NCBI GenBank assembly: GCA_947501605.1
Contig: CANMWZ010000018.1
Location: 1 to 64,000 of the forward strand
Origin: Planctomycetota bacterium
GTDB lineage: Bacteria > Planctomycetota > UBA1135 > UBA2386
DNA length: 64,000 nt
Reading direction: 5' to 3'
The notes under the pieces were generated by a model. It did no database searches and was not told where the DNA came from. It was given only the letters and a program-made list of their open reading frames with translations. Position 1 is the stretch's first letter. Every line of letters begins with the position of its first letter. Shown in pieces: positions 9,499 through 19,947 of the stretch. A program made the translations under genes and the position numbers.

Positions 9499-11955
9499 TC
9501 AGCGCCTCAAGAGTGCGTAGAGCGCAGCGAGTTCTGGGTCGGTGCCGGTGAACAGATCCTCGGGCACTTCGAAGTCCGCGTGGATCGCCGCGTAGATCTC
9601 GTGGTCGCGGTAGACGTCGAGGGCCAGTCCAGCGAGGTACTGCAGGCGCAGACTCACGTCGACGTTGCGTTCAGCGTCTGTCAGCCAGGTCGAGAGCGAA
9701 CGCGCATCGCCAGCATAGGTCGACAGCAGCGAGATGGCGGAACCGAGGTCGGCCTCGCCGAGCGCACCGCGAACGCGCGGCTGGTTGTCGATCGCTGTCT
9801 GTATCGCAGTGACATCGATGTGCATCGGCGCCAACTGAGCCATCAGCACGAGGTCATAGCCCTTCTGGGTCGGATCGCTGTTCCACACGGTGCCGTGCGG
9901 GAACGCGTCGAGGAAGGTCGCGAGCTGACTCTTCACTGCTGCGGCCCCGGTCTGGTACAGCGGCACCCACTGAGTGAGGATGCCGCCTGGCCGCAATCGG
10001 GCGCGCACGAGATCGTAGTACTCAGCGGAATAGAGTGCCGCGGCGCCGCGAACCCAGGGGTGGATCGGGTCCGACGTGATCACGTCAAAGGTATCGGTCG
10101 TTGTCGCTAGGTAGTGCCGCGCATCGTCGATCACGATCTCCGTTCGCGGATCGCGCAGCACGTCGTGGTTGGCGTCGCCAAGATAGGCCCGCGCCGCGGC
10201 GACGACCTTTGGCTCGATCTCGCAGACGACGATGCGTTCGACGCTGGGCCAATCGACGAAGCAGCCGGCCGTGATCCCGGCGCCACAGCCGACGACGAGC
10301 ACGGTGCGCGGCTTTTCTTGCACGAGGCACGGCAGGTGACCGAGCATGCGTTGCAGTCGCATGTCCAGGTGCTGGGTCGAGGCGACGACCTTGCCACTGA
10401 CGTGAAAACTGCGGTAGCCCTCGAAATCACTGACCGCCACCGACGCGTTGATGCCCTCGGCGACGCAGAGGTACTCCACCGGAGCGTTCCAGTCATCGAC
10501 GCTGCGGCCGAACGCGATGAGGCCGTCGGGCAAGCGCGGCACGAGCACGGCGCCGAACGCCGCCACCAGCAGGACGCCAGTAGCCGCGAGCGTTCGCAGG
10601 GCGCGCCGCGACGTGGCCAGAGAACTCGGCTCTGCCCGAGCGCCGAGCAGCAGCACTGCCGCAGCGCCTGCGATCAGCACCAGCACGCGCTGGGCGTTCT
10701 GCGTGCCGATCGACGGGATCGCGTGCAGGCCCGTGCCCAGCGCCCCAAGGATCGCACCGACGGTGTTGGCGGCATAGAGCCCGCCGACGAGCCGTCCTGG
10801 TTCGGTGTGGCCTCGCCCTGCGGCCGCCATGGCGAGCGGAAAGGACGCGCCCCAAAGAAGCGACGCCGGCAGCAATGCCAACAGACACCGCGCGAAGTCC
10901 CACGCGTAGTGAATCGGCATGTTGAGGTAGACGCGCGCTTGGAAGATCCATGTGGGCTCGCCGTACGGCACCACGTGCGCGATCGCAAAAGCACCCCAGA
11001 GAATCGCGGGCACCAAGGCGAGCTGACACAGGCCAAACCAGGTCTGCGGCTGCTCTGTTCGGCGAACGCAGCGCGTAGCGAGCGAGGTGCCGAGGCCGAT
11101 TCCGACCAGGAAGACGGCGAGGATCAGCGAGAACGTGTAGGTGGTGGCTCCGAGCAGCAAGGACAACTGTCGCGTCCACACGATCTCGGCACCGAGCGCG
11201 GTGCATCCGGACAGGGCGATCGCTGCGGTGATGGGCGCGATGCGCTTGCGATGTTCGCGGTCGGCGAGCGCAGTCGCCGCGGTCACGACCGCTACAGGTC
11301 CTGGGTCGTGACGTCGCAACGCCGCAACCGCGATCGCGGCAACGGCGATCAGCGCATTGGCGAATGCAGCGGCGTAGCTCGCCGTGGTCACGTCGAAGAC
11401 GCGCATCAGCCAGAAGCCAGCGAGCAACGTGCCGAGCACGGCGCCCAGGATGTTGGCGCCGTAGAACAAGCCGAGTCGGCTGAGTCCCGCTGGCGACGTA
11501 TCAAACCAGCGCGCGATCGCCGGCAGCGTCCCGCCCATGAGCATCGTCGGTGGCAGCAGGCCGGCCGCGGCGATGGCGCCGCGCCAAACCAGAGTCGATG
11601 TGCTGCTGCTGTGTTGCGCGACGTAGAGCTTGCCGAGGTGAGGCAGTAGCCACGGCATCGCGGCGCCGAATGCGCCGATGCCCAGTTCGAGCGCGGCGTA
11701 GACCAACAGTGGGTGCCAGCCGCGCCGCGTGCAGCGCGGCAGGAGCCAGCTGCCGAGGCACATGCCGCCCATGAAGCTGCCCAAGAGGAATGCGACCGAT
11801 ACCGCTGACGACCCGATGGCGAGGCGCAGCAGGTGGAACCACGCGACTTCGTAGATCAGGGCGCAGGCGCCGCTGAGTGCAAACAGCGTGAGCAGCACCG
11901 GCATCGCGCGGCGAGCGCCGGGTGCGTTCGCGAGGGACGCGGCGTTGATGGTCAT
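9499..11955 (-). CDS. Fused MFS-like membrane / spermidine synthase-like methyltransferase
   Basis: SGACALIYEVAW, LYGANILGA repeats, VLVVGCGAGIT, EIEP, DDARHYL, DVITSDPIHPW. Confidence 0.85.
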   Translation of the reverse strand: MTINAASLANAPGARRAMPVLLTLFALSGACALIYEVAWFHLLRLAIGSSAVSVAFLLGSFMGGMCLGSWLLPRCTRRGWHPLLVYAALELGIGAFGAAMPWLLPHLGKLYVAQHSSSTSTLVWRGAIAAAGLLPPTMLMGGTLPAIARWFDTSPAGLSRLGLFYGANILGAVLGTLLAGFWLMRVFDVTTASYAAAFANALIAVAAIAVAALRRHDPGPVAVVTAATALADREHRKRIAPITAAIALSGCTALGAEIVWTRQLSLLLGATTYTFSLILAVFLVGIGLGTSLATRCVRRTEQPQTWFGLCQLALVPAILWGAFAIAHVVPYGEPTWIFQARVYLNMPIHYAWDFARCLLALLPASLLWGASFPLAMAAAGRGHTEPGRLVGGLYAANTVGAILGALGTGLHAIPSIGTQNAQRVLVLIAGAAAVLLLGARAEPSSLATSRRALRTLAATGVLLVAAFGAVLVPRLPDGLIAFGRSVDDWNAPVEYLCVAEGINASVAVSDFEGYRSFHVSGKVVASTQHLDMRLQRMLGHLPCLVQEKPRTVLVVGCGAGITAGCFVDWPSVERIVVCEIEPKVVAAARAYLGDANHDVLRDPRTEIVIDDARHYLATTTDTFDVITSDPIHPWVRGAAALYSAEYYDLVRARLRPGGILTQWVPLYQTGAAAVKSQLATFLDAFPHGTVWNSDPTQKGYDLVLMAQLAPMHIDVTAIQTAIDNQPRVRGALGEADLGSAISLLSTYAGDARSLSTWLTDAERNVDVSLRLQYLAGLALDVYRDHEIYAAIHADFEVPEDLFTGTDPELAALYALLRR

Positions 11956-12041
11956 GACGAGCGCGCGAGTATGAGCCGCACCCGTCGGCATGGCACGGAG
12001 GGACTCGCGAGGAACTCACTCTCGCCAACCGCAGCGACGAG

Positions 12042-13115
12042 TCACTCCGCCGCGGTCTTCTTCGACGGCAGCAGGGAGAGAGTCAGCAGCACGCCACACA
12101 CCGGCAACGCGACCCACAGTAGCGCCCACTGCAACGTTGCTAGCGCCGCGTGCTGCTGCGCTGCAAGAACGCTCCAAGCGGTATAGGCGACGTAGGAGGC
12201 GAGGAGGAAGAAGCCTTCCCAACGCGCGATGCGGCGGCCGGTGAAGAACAGTGGTAGGCACAGGAAGGCGACCGCGAGCATCACCCAGAGGTCGAACGAG
12301 AGCATGCTGTCAGCGATCGGCAACCCGTTCTTCGCGACCATGCCGGTAGCGCCTAGGCAACCCAGGATGTTGAAGGTGTTGCTGCCAATGACGTTGCCGA
12401 TGGCGATGTCGCGCTGGCCGCGGATCGCGGCGGTGATCGAAGTTGCGACTTCGGGAAGTGATGTGCCGGCGGCGACGATGGTCAATCCGATCACTAGGTC
12501 ACTGACGCCGAGTTCGCGCGCAAAGTGGGTGGCCGAAGCAACCAGCCAGTCGGCGCCGAGCACCAGGAATCCGAGGCCGACGATGACGAGCACGACTTGG
12601 ATGCTCCAGTGGCCATGCGCGCGAGCCGCGGGCTCGGCGTTTGCCGTCAGCTCAGCCTTCATCGCCGCGGTTTGGCGGCGCGACTGTCGGATCAAGAAGA
12701 CGGTGTAGGCGACCAACAGAATTGCGAATGCGGCCGACTCGCCAAAGCTCAAGTTGCCGTCGGCTGCGAAGGCCAGGAGCAGCAGCGAGGAGGCGATCAT
12801 GATCGGCACTTCCTGGCGCAGGATCTGTGCGTGCACCACGAGGGGCGTGATCAGCGCCGATACTCCGAGGATGAACAGGACGTTGAAGATGTTGCTACCG
12901 ACGACGTTGCCGATGGCGATGTCGCTGTTGCCGTGGATCGCCGAGCCGACTGAGACCGCTACTTCGGGTGCGCTGGTGCCAAAGGCGACAATCGTCAGTC
13001 CGACCACAAGCGGCGAAACGCCGCAGGACAGCGCCAGTCGGCTGCTGCCGCGAACGAGCAGTTCGGCGCCGATGACAAGAGCAACGAGACCAAGGCAGAA
13101 GTAGAGGGTTTCCAC
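12042..13115 (-). CDS. Calcium/sodium antiporter (YrbG/CaCA family)
   Basis: Two alpha repeats GTSAPE...GNVVGSNIFN and GTSLPE...GNVIGSNTFN. Confidence 0.93.
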   Translation of the reverse strand: METLYFCLGLVALVIGAELLVRGSSRLALSCGVSPLVVGLTIVAFGTSAPEVAVSVGSAIHGNSDIAIGNVVGSNIFNVLFILGVSALITPLVVHAQILRQEVPIMIASSLLLLAFAADGNLSFGESAAFAILLVAYTVFLIRQSRRQTAAMKAELTANAEPAARAHGHWSIQVVLVIVGLGFLVLGADWLVASATHFARELGVSDLVIGLTIVAAGTSLPEVATSITAAIRGQRDIAIGNVIGSNTFNILGCLGATGMVAKNGLPIADSMLSFDLWVMLAVAFLCLPLFFTGRRIARWEGFFLLASYVAYTAWSVLAAQQHAALATLQWALLWVALPVCGVLLTLSLLPSKKTAAE

Positions 13116-13181
13116 GGCGCCGGATGCTACTCAGGTGCCGAGTGCGTGCCCGGGCAAAATGGCGCGGCTCACGCACTCGCG

Positions 13182-14141
13182 TCAGTCGCGCACGCCGGCG
13201 TCGCTACCGAGTCGGAAGGTGTGCTCGACCACGCCGCGACATTGGGCGCCGGGCACGGCTACTTCGGTGCCGGAGACCAGCAGGCGGCCACAGGCGCGAA
13301 TCAGCGTGAACGCAACAAAGCCGCCGGCCGCATTCTCGACTTCCTCGTGCACGTCAGTGCAGTCGTGGTGCAGCAAGCTTGACGGTACGCCGAGGAAGCG
13401 CGCCCGCAGACGGTGGTCGTCGTGGCGGTTGTCGATGCGGATGCGCATGCGTACAAACGGCTCGTCAGCGCTGCCGGTGAACTGCAGCAGGCAGTCGAAA
13501 CCCGCCGAAGTGCGCCCGAGGCGGCCGCCGAGCAGCAAGTCGAACCAGCCGGCGCCGGCGACGTAGCGCACTGGGTCCAAGAACTGGGCGGAGAAGATGC
13601 GCGGGCGCTCGTTCTCATCGCCGGCAAAGCCGTCGAGGGTGCCGCGATCGCTGCGCGCTTCGAAGCGAAGGCTGTTGGGCGAGTTGACGCCGGCATCGCG
13701 GTCGACAAAGAGGACGCCTTCTTTGCGCGAAAAGCGAATGCGTGACCCCTTGCTCTCGACGACGAGGTCGCGCTTCTTGCGCAACTGCGAACCGGTGAAC
13801 GTCTGCATTCGCGTCGGATCGTCCGGCGCTTCCTGAGGCGGCGCTGCGTTCGGACCGAGCGCAACCGCCTCTTCGAGTGCCACCATGAAGCCGCGCGCCG
13901 TGCCGTCCTGCACGGTGCCGGCCCACAGGTCGGGCCGCATCATCGGGTCGAATGCGTCGAGGCGCGCGCGTGCCGCAGCGCTGCGGCCAGCGGCTCGCAG
14001 GGCGCGCCACTGCAGCAGCTTGAGGTCGATCCGGCAGTCATGCGCGCCGCGGCCTGGCGGCTGCAGCGCCAGTTCCTGGTGGTGGTCGTCGGCAGGGATG
14101 GTGGCGAGCGTTGTGGCCCGGCGGTCGAGATGAGACCTCAA
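13182..14141 (-). CDS. Hypothetical protein resembling C-terminal beta domains of GH38 alpha-mannosidase/mannosylglycerate hydrolase
   Basis: IDNRHDDHRLRARF and TLIRACGRL...PGAQCRG motifs; overlaps the upstream stop codon (TTGA). Confidence 0.5.
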   Translation of the reverse strand: MRSHLDRRATTLATIPADDHHQELALQPPGRGAHDCRIDLKLLQWRALRAAGRSAAARARLDAFDPMMRPDLWAGTVQDGTARGFMVALEEAVALGPNAAPPQEAPDDPTRMQTFTGSQLRKKRDLVVESKGSRIRFSRKEGVLFVDRDAGVNSPNSLRFEARSDRGTLDGFAGDENERPRIFSAQFLDPVRYVAGAGWFDLLLGGRLGRTSAGFDCLLQFTGSADEPFVRMRIRIDNRHDDHRLRARFLGVPSSLLHHDCTDVHEEVENAAGGFVAFTLIRACGRLLVSGTEVAVPGAQCRGVVEHTFRLGSDAGVRD

Positions 14142-14794
14142 CGCGCGATCTCGATCGAATAGTGCCGGTCGCTGTTCATCTCGACGCGAGCGTGGCCGAT
14201 TCCAGCCGACTTCGCCAGAGCGCGCGCCTCGTCCAACGTCAGTGCGGCGCAGAGTGACTGCAGCAGCAGTTGCTGTTGATCGGCCGGTGCCTGTCCCGCG
14301 TGCAGTGCCACCAGTCGCTTCGCCTCGGCCATGGTTTCGGGCCGATAGAGGTCGCGGATCAGCAGCACGCCGCCTTTCTGGAGAATGCGCGCGGCCTCGC
14401 GTACGAAGTCGATTGGCTCTGGGATGTGGTGCAGGATCGTGTTGCTGAACACCCCGTCGAACGAGCCGTCGGGATAGGGCAGCGCTTTCACATCTCCCTG
14501 CGCGAAGGTCACTCGTCGCGCCAACCCGAGCCGGGCTGCCTTCGGACTGGCCAAGGCCAGCATGGTGGCAGCAGCATCGACGCCGACGATGTGGGCGATC
14601 GAGCTCTGCTGGGCCAGCAACATGGGGATGTCACCCGGCCCGGTTCCGAGGTCCACGACGCGAGAGCAAGCTCCACCGCCGAGCTGGAGAAATCGGTCGA
14701 CCACGGCGGCATTGACCACCGAGTGGTCCATGGCGGCGTAGCTGTTCGCCTCGTCCGGGGTGTCCATGTATTCAGGCTCGAGCACGCGTTGCAT
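14138..14794 (-). CDS. Class I SAM-dependent methyltransferase
   Basis: MxRVLEPEYMD, VVDLGTGPG, GVDAA, SFDGVFSNTILHH. Confidence 0.88.
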   Translation of the reverse strand: MQRVLEPEYMDTPDEANSYAAMDHSVVNAAVVDRFLQLGGGACSRVVDLGTGPGDIPMLLAQQSSIAHIVGVDAAATMLALASPKAARLGLARRVTFAQGDVKALPYPDGSFDGVFSNTILHHIPEPIDFVREAARILQKGGVLLIRDLYRPETMAEAKRLVALHAGQAPADQQQLLLQSLCAALTLDEARALAKSAGIGHARVEMNSDRHYSIEIAR

Positions 14795-14862
14795 CCGTGC
14801 GATCTTGGCGAAGCGACCTTCGGGTTCCAGTTCTGGCACGGAAATGCCGATGGCACCGCCTG

Positions 14863-17103
14863 ATGAAGCCTCTTCGCCTCTACGGGGATCCGTTCGCGAG
14901 CGGCAGTGCCGCCTCGGCGCTGCGCGCTGTGCTCGAGCTCAGTTTTCGGCGCGGGTTCCGCCCGAGCCTCTGTCTCTCGGCGATTCGCGCCGAAAAGGGC
15001 ACCGGTCAGAGCGTCGTTGAACTTGGCAACGGCGTGCGCACGTTTGCCGTTGCGACCGAATTGACGCCAGCGCAGATCGAACTGCTGCAGCGCGCCGCGT
15101 CGACCCCGATTCCGGCGACAGCGCCGGTCGTGGTGTTCGCCCCGCGCCGGTTTGGCGACGAGATGATGTCGATGGCAGGCTTGGAGTGGCCGCGCGCCTG
15201 CACGGTGCGCAACGGCACGCTCGACTCGGCAACTGCGACGCTCGACCGCATCGAGGCAGAGCTGCGTTGGGCCGGAACCGAGGATCCTGCGATCGCCAGC
15301 GATCTCGCCGAACTCGAGGCCTGGGCGGCTCTGTCCGAGCCGCCCGAGGACGGGCCCGTTCTGCACGTCGGCGCCGAGGATCCAGCGGCCGGCAGCGACA
15401 TCGCGGTGCGCGCGTTCCTGGCCGCCTGCCCTGATGGCGATCGCATGCTGCGCCTCGTGTTGCCGATCGGTGCCGAAGAAACGGCCGCACGGTTGGCAGC
15501 ACTCGCCAACGAACTCGGTGGCCTTGCCGCCGTGGCGCGCCTCGACTTCGTGCTGTCGCCGCTCGACCCCATGCATGCGGCAGGCTGCTCGGTCATTCTG
15601 CAACCGCTGCGTCGACTATTTGCCGGCGACGTACTGGCGCAGCTCCTGGCTTCTGGGCGTCCCGTGGTCGCGACCCGCTATCACGCGACGGCGCCGGCCC
15701 TCGGAGCACCTGGCACCTGCATCCCGGTCGGCGGGATGCTCGTCACGGGTGACGACGGTTTGCCATTGTGTGAGCCGGATCTCGACAACGTGATCTGTGG
15801 TTTGCAGAAGGCACTCGGCGATGCCGTTGCCGCCCGTTCCATCGGCCTGCGCGCTCGATCGCACGCAGTCGCGGAGTTGTCCGCGGACCGCCCGGCCGCG
15901 CCGCCGCGAAAGCTGCCTGCGGTGGCGAAGGGAGAAGCGAAGCCCGTGGTCGTGCTCGAAGCGCCGTTCTTCGAAGTCTCGTCGTCCGCCGAACTCAGCA
16001 TCGAGACCGCGCGCGCACTGCTGCGTCGCGGCGAAGTCGATCTGCGTCTGGTGCCGACGGCGCCGTTCGTCGCCGACCTCGACATGTTGCGACAGCGCGC
16101 GCCGGAGCTGTGCTCGAGCCTGGCACGCGATCCGAAGGACGTCGATCTGTGGCTGTCGACCGGTTGGCCGCCGCGTTCTGAACGTCCGGACTGCCGCACC
16201 TTCGCGCTGCGCATCGACTGGGAGTACGGCGCGCTGCCAACCGAGCTGGTGCCGCTGGTGGCGCAGGAAGCCGACCTCGTCGTCGTTCACAGTCGTCACG
16301 TCGAGAAGACCGTCGTTGCAGCTGGCTGTGCGCCGTCGCGAATCGTGCGCATCCCGCACGGTGTCGATGCTGCGCTGTTCAGCGAGCAAGGCGCCGCGGA
16401 TCAAGAGCTGCTCGCCTGGAAGGGCGACCTCCCGCTCGTGCTGTTCGTCGGTGGGATGGTGTTCCGCAAGGGCTTCGACCTGTTGTTGCGGATGGCGCTC
16501 GATGCCGCGAGTCGCGGCGCGCGCTTTGTGCTCTGTGCCAAGACTGTGGGGCATGCCCAGCACTACGCGGGCTATCACATGGCGGACTTGGCCGAGCGCT
16601 TCTGCAAGGCAAAGGGAGCGCCGCCGATGCGCATCCTGAACGGCGATCTCACGCGCGAACAGCTCGCCGGGATCTACCGCGCGTCCGACCTGCTGTGTCA
16701 TCCGTATCGCGGCGAGGGCTTTGGCATGCCGGTGCTCGAGGCGCGCGCTTGCGGCGTCCCCGTGCTGGTCACGCGCGGCGGCTCGACCGACGACTTCGCC
16801 ACCGGCGAAGGAACGGTCGGCATCCCGTCGGTGCGTCGCGCCATCGAACTCAACGGGGCGCACCTTGGGCAGCCCTGGGTGCTGGAGCCAAATGCCGGGC
16901 GCGCTGGCGAGTTGCTCGAGCAGAGTCTGCGGACTCTGCCGCAATTGCGCGCGAGTGCGCGGCAGGCGGCGGCGTCGGTGCAGAGGACGTTCTCGTGGGA
17001 CGCTGCGGCGATTGCAATCGAGCGCTTGGCCGCGGCGAAGGCACCCCTTGCTGCGCCGGTCGACGTGCAACTGTCGCAGAAACCGTCACTCGCAGCGCTT
17101 TAG
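14863..17103 (+). CDS. Glycosyltransferase family 4 (GT-B), tandem degenerate plus intact domains
   Basis: WEYGALP, IPHGVD, FVGGMVFRKGFD, HPYRGEGFGMPVLEARACGVPV; a degenerate N-terminal copy (LLASGRPVVAT). Confidence 0.85.
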   Translation: MKPLRLYGDPFASGSAASALRAVLELSFRRGFRPSLCLSAIRAEKGTGQSVVELGNGVRTFAVATELTPAQIELLQRAASTPIPATAPVVVFAPRRFGDEMMSMAGLEWPRACTVRNGTLDSATATLDRIEAELRWAGTEDPAIASDLAELEAWAALSEPPEDGPVLHVGAEDPAAGSDIAVRAFLAACPDGDRMLRLVLPIGAEETAARLAALANELGGLAAVARLDFVLSPLDPMHAAGCSVILQPLRRLFAGDVLAQLLASGRPVVATRYHATAPALGAPGTCIPVGGMLVTGDDGLPLCEPDLDNVICGLQKALGDAVAARSIGLRARSHAVAELSADRPAAPPRKLPAVAKGEAKPVVVLEAPFFEVSSSAELSIETARALLRRGEVDLRLVPTAPFVADLDMLRQRAPELCSSLARDPKDVDLWLSTGWPPRSERPDCRTFALRIDWEYGALPTELVPLVAQEADLVVVHSRHVEKTVVAAGCAPSRIVRIPHGVDAALFSEQGAADQELLAWKGDLPLVLFVGGMVFRKGFDLLLRMALDAASRGARFVLCAKTVGHAQHYAGYHMADLAERFCKAKGAPPMRILNGDLTREQLAGIYRASDLLCHPYRGEGFGMPVLEARACGVPVLVTRGGSTDDFATGEGTVGIPSVRRAIELNGAHLGQPWVLEPNAGRAGELLEQSLRTLPQLRASARQAAASVQRTFSWDAAAIAIERLAAAKAPLAAPVDVQLSQKPSLAAL

Positions 17104-17110
17104 CTCATTC

Positions 17111-17165
17111 TCGAGGTGAATCGCCAACTGCCGACCTCAAGGCAGGATCCGCTCCACGCCGATGT
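17111..17165 (+). promoter_or_regulatory. Putative sigma28-like promoter(s) upstream of flgB
   Basis: TCGAG-N14-GCCGACCT and TCAAG-N16-GCCGATGT. Confidence 0.35.
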
Positions 17166-17187
17166 GCAGTTTGCAGGCAGAGGAACC

Positions 17188-17535
17188 ATGATTGACTTCG
17201 ATCGCGACACCGCGCTCTCGCAGAAGCTGCTCGACGCACTCGATGCGCGAGCCAAGGCTTCGATGCAGAACATCGCGAACCAAAACACTCCTGGCTACAA
17301 GCGCCACGAAGTGCGGTTCGAGGAGTTGCTGCGCAAGGAGCTCGCCGGCGGTGGTTCCATCGAGAACGTGAGCCCCGTCACGACCCGCGACGAGTCCGGC
17401 GGGCCTGGCGAGAACAATGTGTCGCTCGTCGAGGAGACGGCACTGCTCGACAAGACCAAGCTGATGCACGAGTTCGCCACCAGGCGAGTCGGCAGCTACT
17501 TCAACTCGCTCAACAAAGCGATCTTCGGCAGGTGA
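17188..17535 (+). CDS. flgB: Flagellar basal-body rod protein FlgB
   Basis: NIANQNTPGYK, NNVSL, RBS AGGAA. Confidence 0.88.
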   Translation: MIDFDRDTALSQKLLDALDARAKASMQNIANQNTPGYKRHEVRFEELLRKELAGGGSIENVSPVTTRDESGGPGENNVSLVEETALLDKTKLMHEFATRRVGSYFNSLNKAIFGR

Positions 17536-17543
17536 GGTGAACC

Positions 17544-18002
17544 ATGGCAGACCCCACGCAAGGCGTTTTCCAGGGCTTCGACATCGCCGCATCTGGGCTC
17601 CGTGCCGAGATGATGCGCAGCGAAGTCGCCGCCGCGAACATCGGCAACATGCACCGCACGGGCAACGCAACCAAGGAGCCCTACCGGCGCAAGTCGGTGG
17701 TCTTCGAGGAGATGCTCGATCGTGTGCAGTCGGCAAGCGGTGTTCCTGGTGGCGAAGAGCTGGCGCAGGGCGTCCGTGTGAAGGAAGTCGTCGAAGATCG
17801 TGAGACCGCTTTCCCGCGGTTCCGCAATCCGGGCCATCCCGATGCCGACGCCGACGGTTGGGTTTGGGGCAGCAACGTCGACGTCTTCCAGGAGTTGGTG
17901 GACCTCTCCGTGATCGAACGCAGCTTCGAGGCGAACCTCGCCTCCATGCGCTCGTACCGGACGATGTTGCAGAACACGCTGAACAACATGCGGTCATCGT
18001 GA
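17544..18002 (+). CDS. flgC: Flagellar basal-body rod protein FlgC
   Basis: IAASGLRAE...ANIGN, PYRRK, PGHPDAD, NVD...RSFEAN. Confidence 0.93.
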   Translation: MADPTQGVFQGFDIAASGLRAEMMRSEVAAANIGNMHRTGNATKEPYRRKSVVFEEMLDRVQSASGVPGGEELAQGVRVKEVVEDRETAFPRFRNPGHPDADADGWVWGSNVDVFQELVDLSVIERSFEANLASMRSYRTMLQNTLNNMRSS

Positions 18003-18030
18003 CCCACTCCTTCGAGTCTGAGGTGATCCA

Positions 18031-18408
18031 ATGAGCAGCTTCGGCATCGAAGGCATGGTGAGCCCGGCGACGTCCGGGACATTCGCAGACATGCTGCAGA
18101 ACCCAGGTCTCGCCAATCGGCGCGTCCAAGGTCCGGCAGAAGGTGAGAAGGTCAGTCCGAAGATCGCTGGTGGGTCGAGCGGCCCTCAGCTCGATTTCGG
18201 CGGCACGCTGGCGGACGCGATCGATCGCGTGGACAGCCTTCAGGGTGAAGTGGCGAGCAAGACGCAGGCACTCGCGACCGGCGAACCGGTTGCACTGCAC
18301 GACGTGATGGTGTCGATGGGCAAGAGCGAAGTCGCGTTCAACCTCCTCCTGGAGGTCCGCAACAAGCTCATCGACGCCTGGGAAAAGTTGTCGCGATCGG
18401 TGGTTTGA
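18031..18408 (+). CDS. fliE: Flagellar hook-basal body protein FliE
   Basis: LHDVMVSMGKSEVAFNLLLEVRNKLIDAWEKL. Confidence 0.9.
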   Translation: MSSFGIEGMVSPATSGTFADMLQNPGLANRRVQGPAEGEKVSPKIAGGSSGPQLDFGGTLADAIDRVDSLQGEVASKTQALATGEPVALHDVMVSMGKSEVAFNLLLEVRNKLIDAWEKLSRSVV

Positions 18409-18411
18409 TCC

Positions 18412-19941
18412 ATGCGTCACTTCTTCAGTGAGCTCCAGAAGAACCTCGCGGGCATCTGGGCCCGTCTCGACGGTGGCCAGCGGCTGATCGTGATGTCGGT
18501 CATGGCTGCTGCCATGGTCGGCCTCGGCGCGATCCTCTGGTTTGCCGGCCAGCCGAGCTACGTAACCGTGCTCGAGCCTGCAAGCAGCGAGGAGATGCGC
18601 GATGCCAAGCGTGTGCTCAGCCAAGCCGGCGTGCCCACCGTGCCCGACGAAACCGGCCGCGGCATCCTCGTCGATCGGTCGCGCTACGGGCTTGCCCGCA
18701 GTGCGCTGATCGAAGGCGGCCTGCTCGACAAGAGCCAGCGCGGCCTGCTCGATTCGAGCCTCGTAGAGGACGCGGACACCAAGCGCTTCAAGCTCGAAGC
18801 CGCGACCCGATCGCAGACCGAAGCGGCGATCGCCTCGCTCGCCGGCGTCCAGAGCGCAACCGTCACCGCGAGCCGACCCAAGCGTGCCGTGTTCCTGGAC
18901 CAGGAAGCCGGATCGCAGGCGCAGGCGACGATCGCGCTGCGACTGCGCGCCGATGCCTCGTTCGAAGCCATTGCTCGTAGCGCAGCTTCGCTGGCCGCCT
19001 CGCAACTCGGCATCCCGATGACCAATGTCGAGGTCTTCGATGCTGGCAACCCCAGTCAGCGATGGCGCTACGACGCCGACCGCGAAGCCGGCGGCGGTTC
19101 GGCCGAGTTCCTGGCGATGCAACGTCGCATCGCCAGCGAACGCACTCGGCAGGCGCAGGAAGCACTCGATGCGATCCACCCCGGCAAGACGATGGTCAGG
19201 GTCGGCATCGAGCTCGACCCGCTGTGGGAAATCACCAATCAGAAGGTCCTACCGGAGACGCCGATCGTCATCACCGATGACATGACGAAGGACGAGACCG
19301 ACACGAGTCAGCGCACGCGCGCGGGCGGCGATCCGAGTCTCGCTTCGAACGGCGTCGACCAACCGGGCAACTCGAACACGAGCAAGAAGGAGACGCGCAA
19401 GCGGACCTACCTCCCCGAGCTCGGCGAGCGCCGCAGTGGCCGGCACGCACCGGACATCAAACGCCTGTCGGTGGCGTTGCTCTACGACCGAACCCTGGAG
19501 CAGCGAGAGGGCTTCGACAAGGAGAGCCTCAAGAACATCGTCAAGTCGATCGTCGGCTGGGATCCAACACGCGACAACGACACCACGTTCAGTTCGATCG
19601 TCGGCGACTTCGCCGCGGAGGAACTCGCCGTCGCCGAATCGGGACCTGGCTTTGGGGCGCTCGCCACCCAGTGGGGGCCAGTCGTCGGTCAAGTCGTCGG
19701 TGTCGTGCTCGTGCTGATGTTCTTGAAGAGTCTCATGCGAACCACGACGACACGCAGCGGTGGCGCCAGCGACTCGAATCCAGGGACCGCTCCGAGTGGC
19801 AGCGGCGACGGGTCCGAACCGAATCTCACGCCAGAAGAACAACAGAAGCGGATGCGACGCGAGATCGAACGCGCCATCACCAGTGATCCCGCCACGTTGG
19901 CGAAGATGCTGGAGAGTTGGCTCGCCGAACAGAAGGCCTGA
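18412..19941 (+). CDS. fliF: Flagellar M-ring protein FliF
   Basis: Two TM segments, YscJ/FliF-like core (GVQSATV), IKRLSVALL, C-terminal DPATLAKMLESWL; operon position. Confidence 0.85.
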   Translation: MRHFFSELQKNLAGIWARLDGGQRLIVMSVMAAAMVGLGAILWFAGQPSYVTVLEPASSEEMRDAKRVLSQAGVPTVPDETGRGILVDRSRYGLARSALIEGGLLDKSQRGLLDSSLVEDADTKRFKLEAATRSQTEAAIASLAGVQSATVTASRPKRAVFLDQEAGSQAQATIALRLRADASFEAIARSAASLAASQLGIPMTNVEVFDAGNPSQRWRYDADREAGGGSAEFLAMQRRIASERTRQAQEALDAIHPGKTMVRVGIELDPLWEITNQKVLPETPIVITDDMTKDETDTSQRTRAGGDPSLASNGVDQPGNSNTSKKETRKRTYLPELGERRSGRHAPDIKRLSVALLYDRTLEQREGFDKESLKNIVKSIVGWDPTRDNDTTFSSIVGDFAAEELAVAESGPGFGALATQWGPVVGQVVGVVLVLMFLKSLMRTTTTRSGGASDSNPGTAPSGSGDGSEPNLTPEEQQKRMRREIERAITSDPATLAKMLESWLAEQKA

Positions 19942-19947
19942 TCCGCC

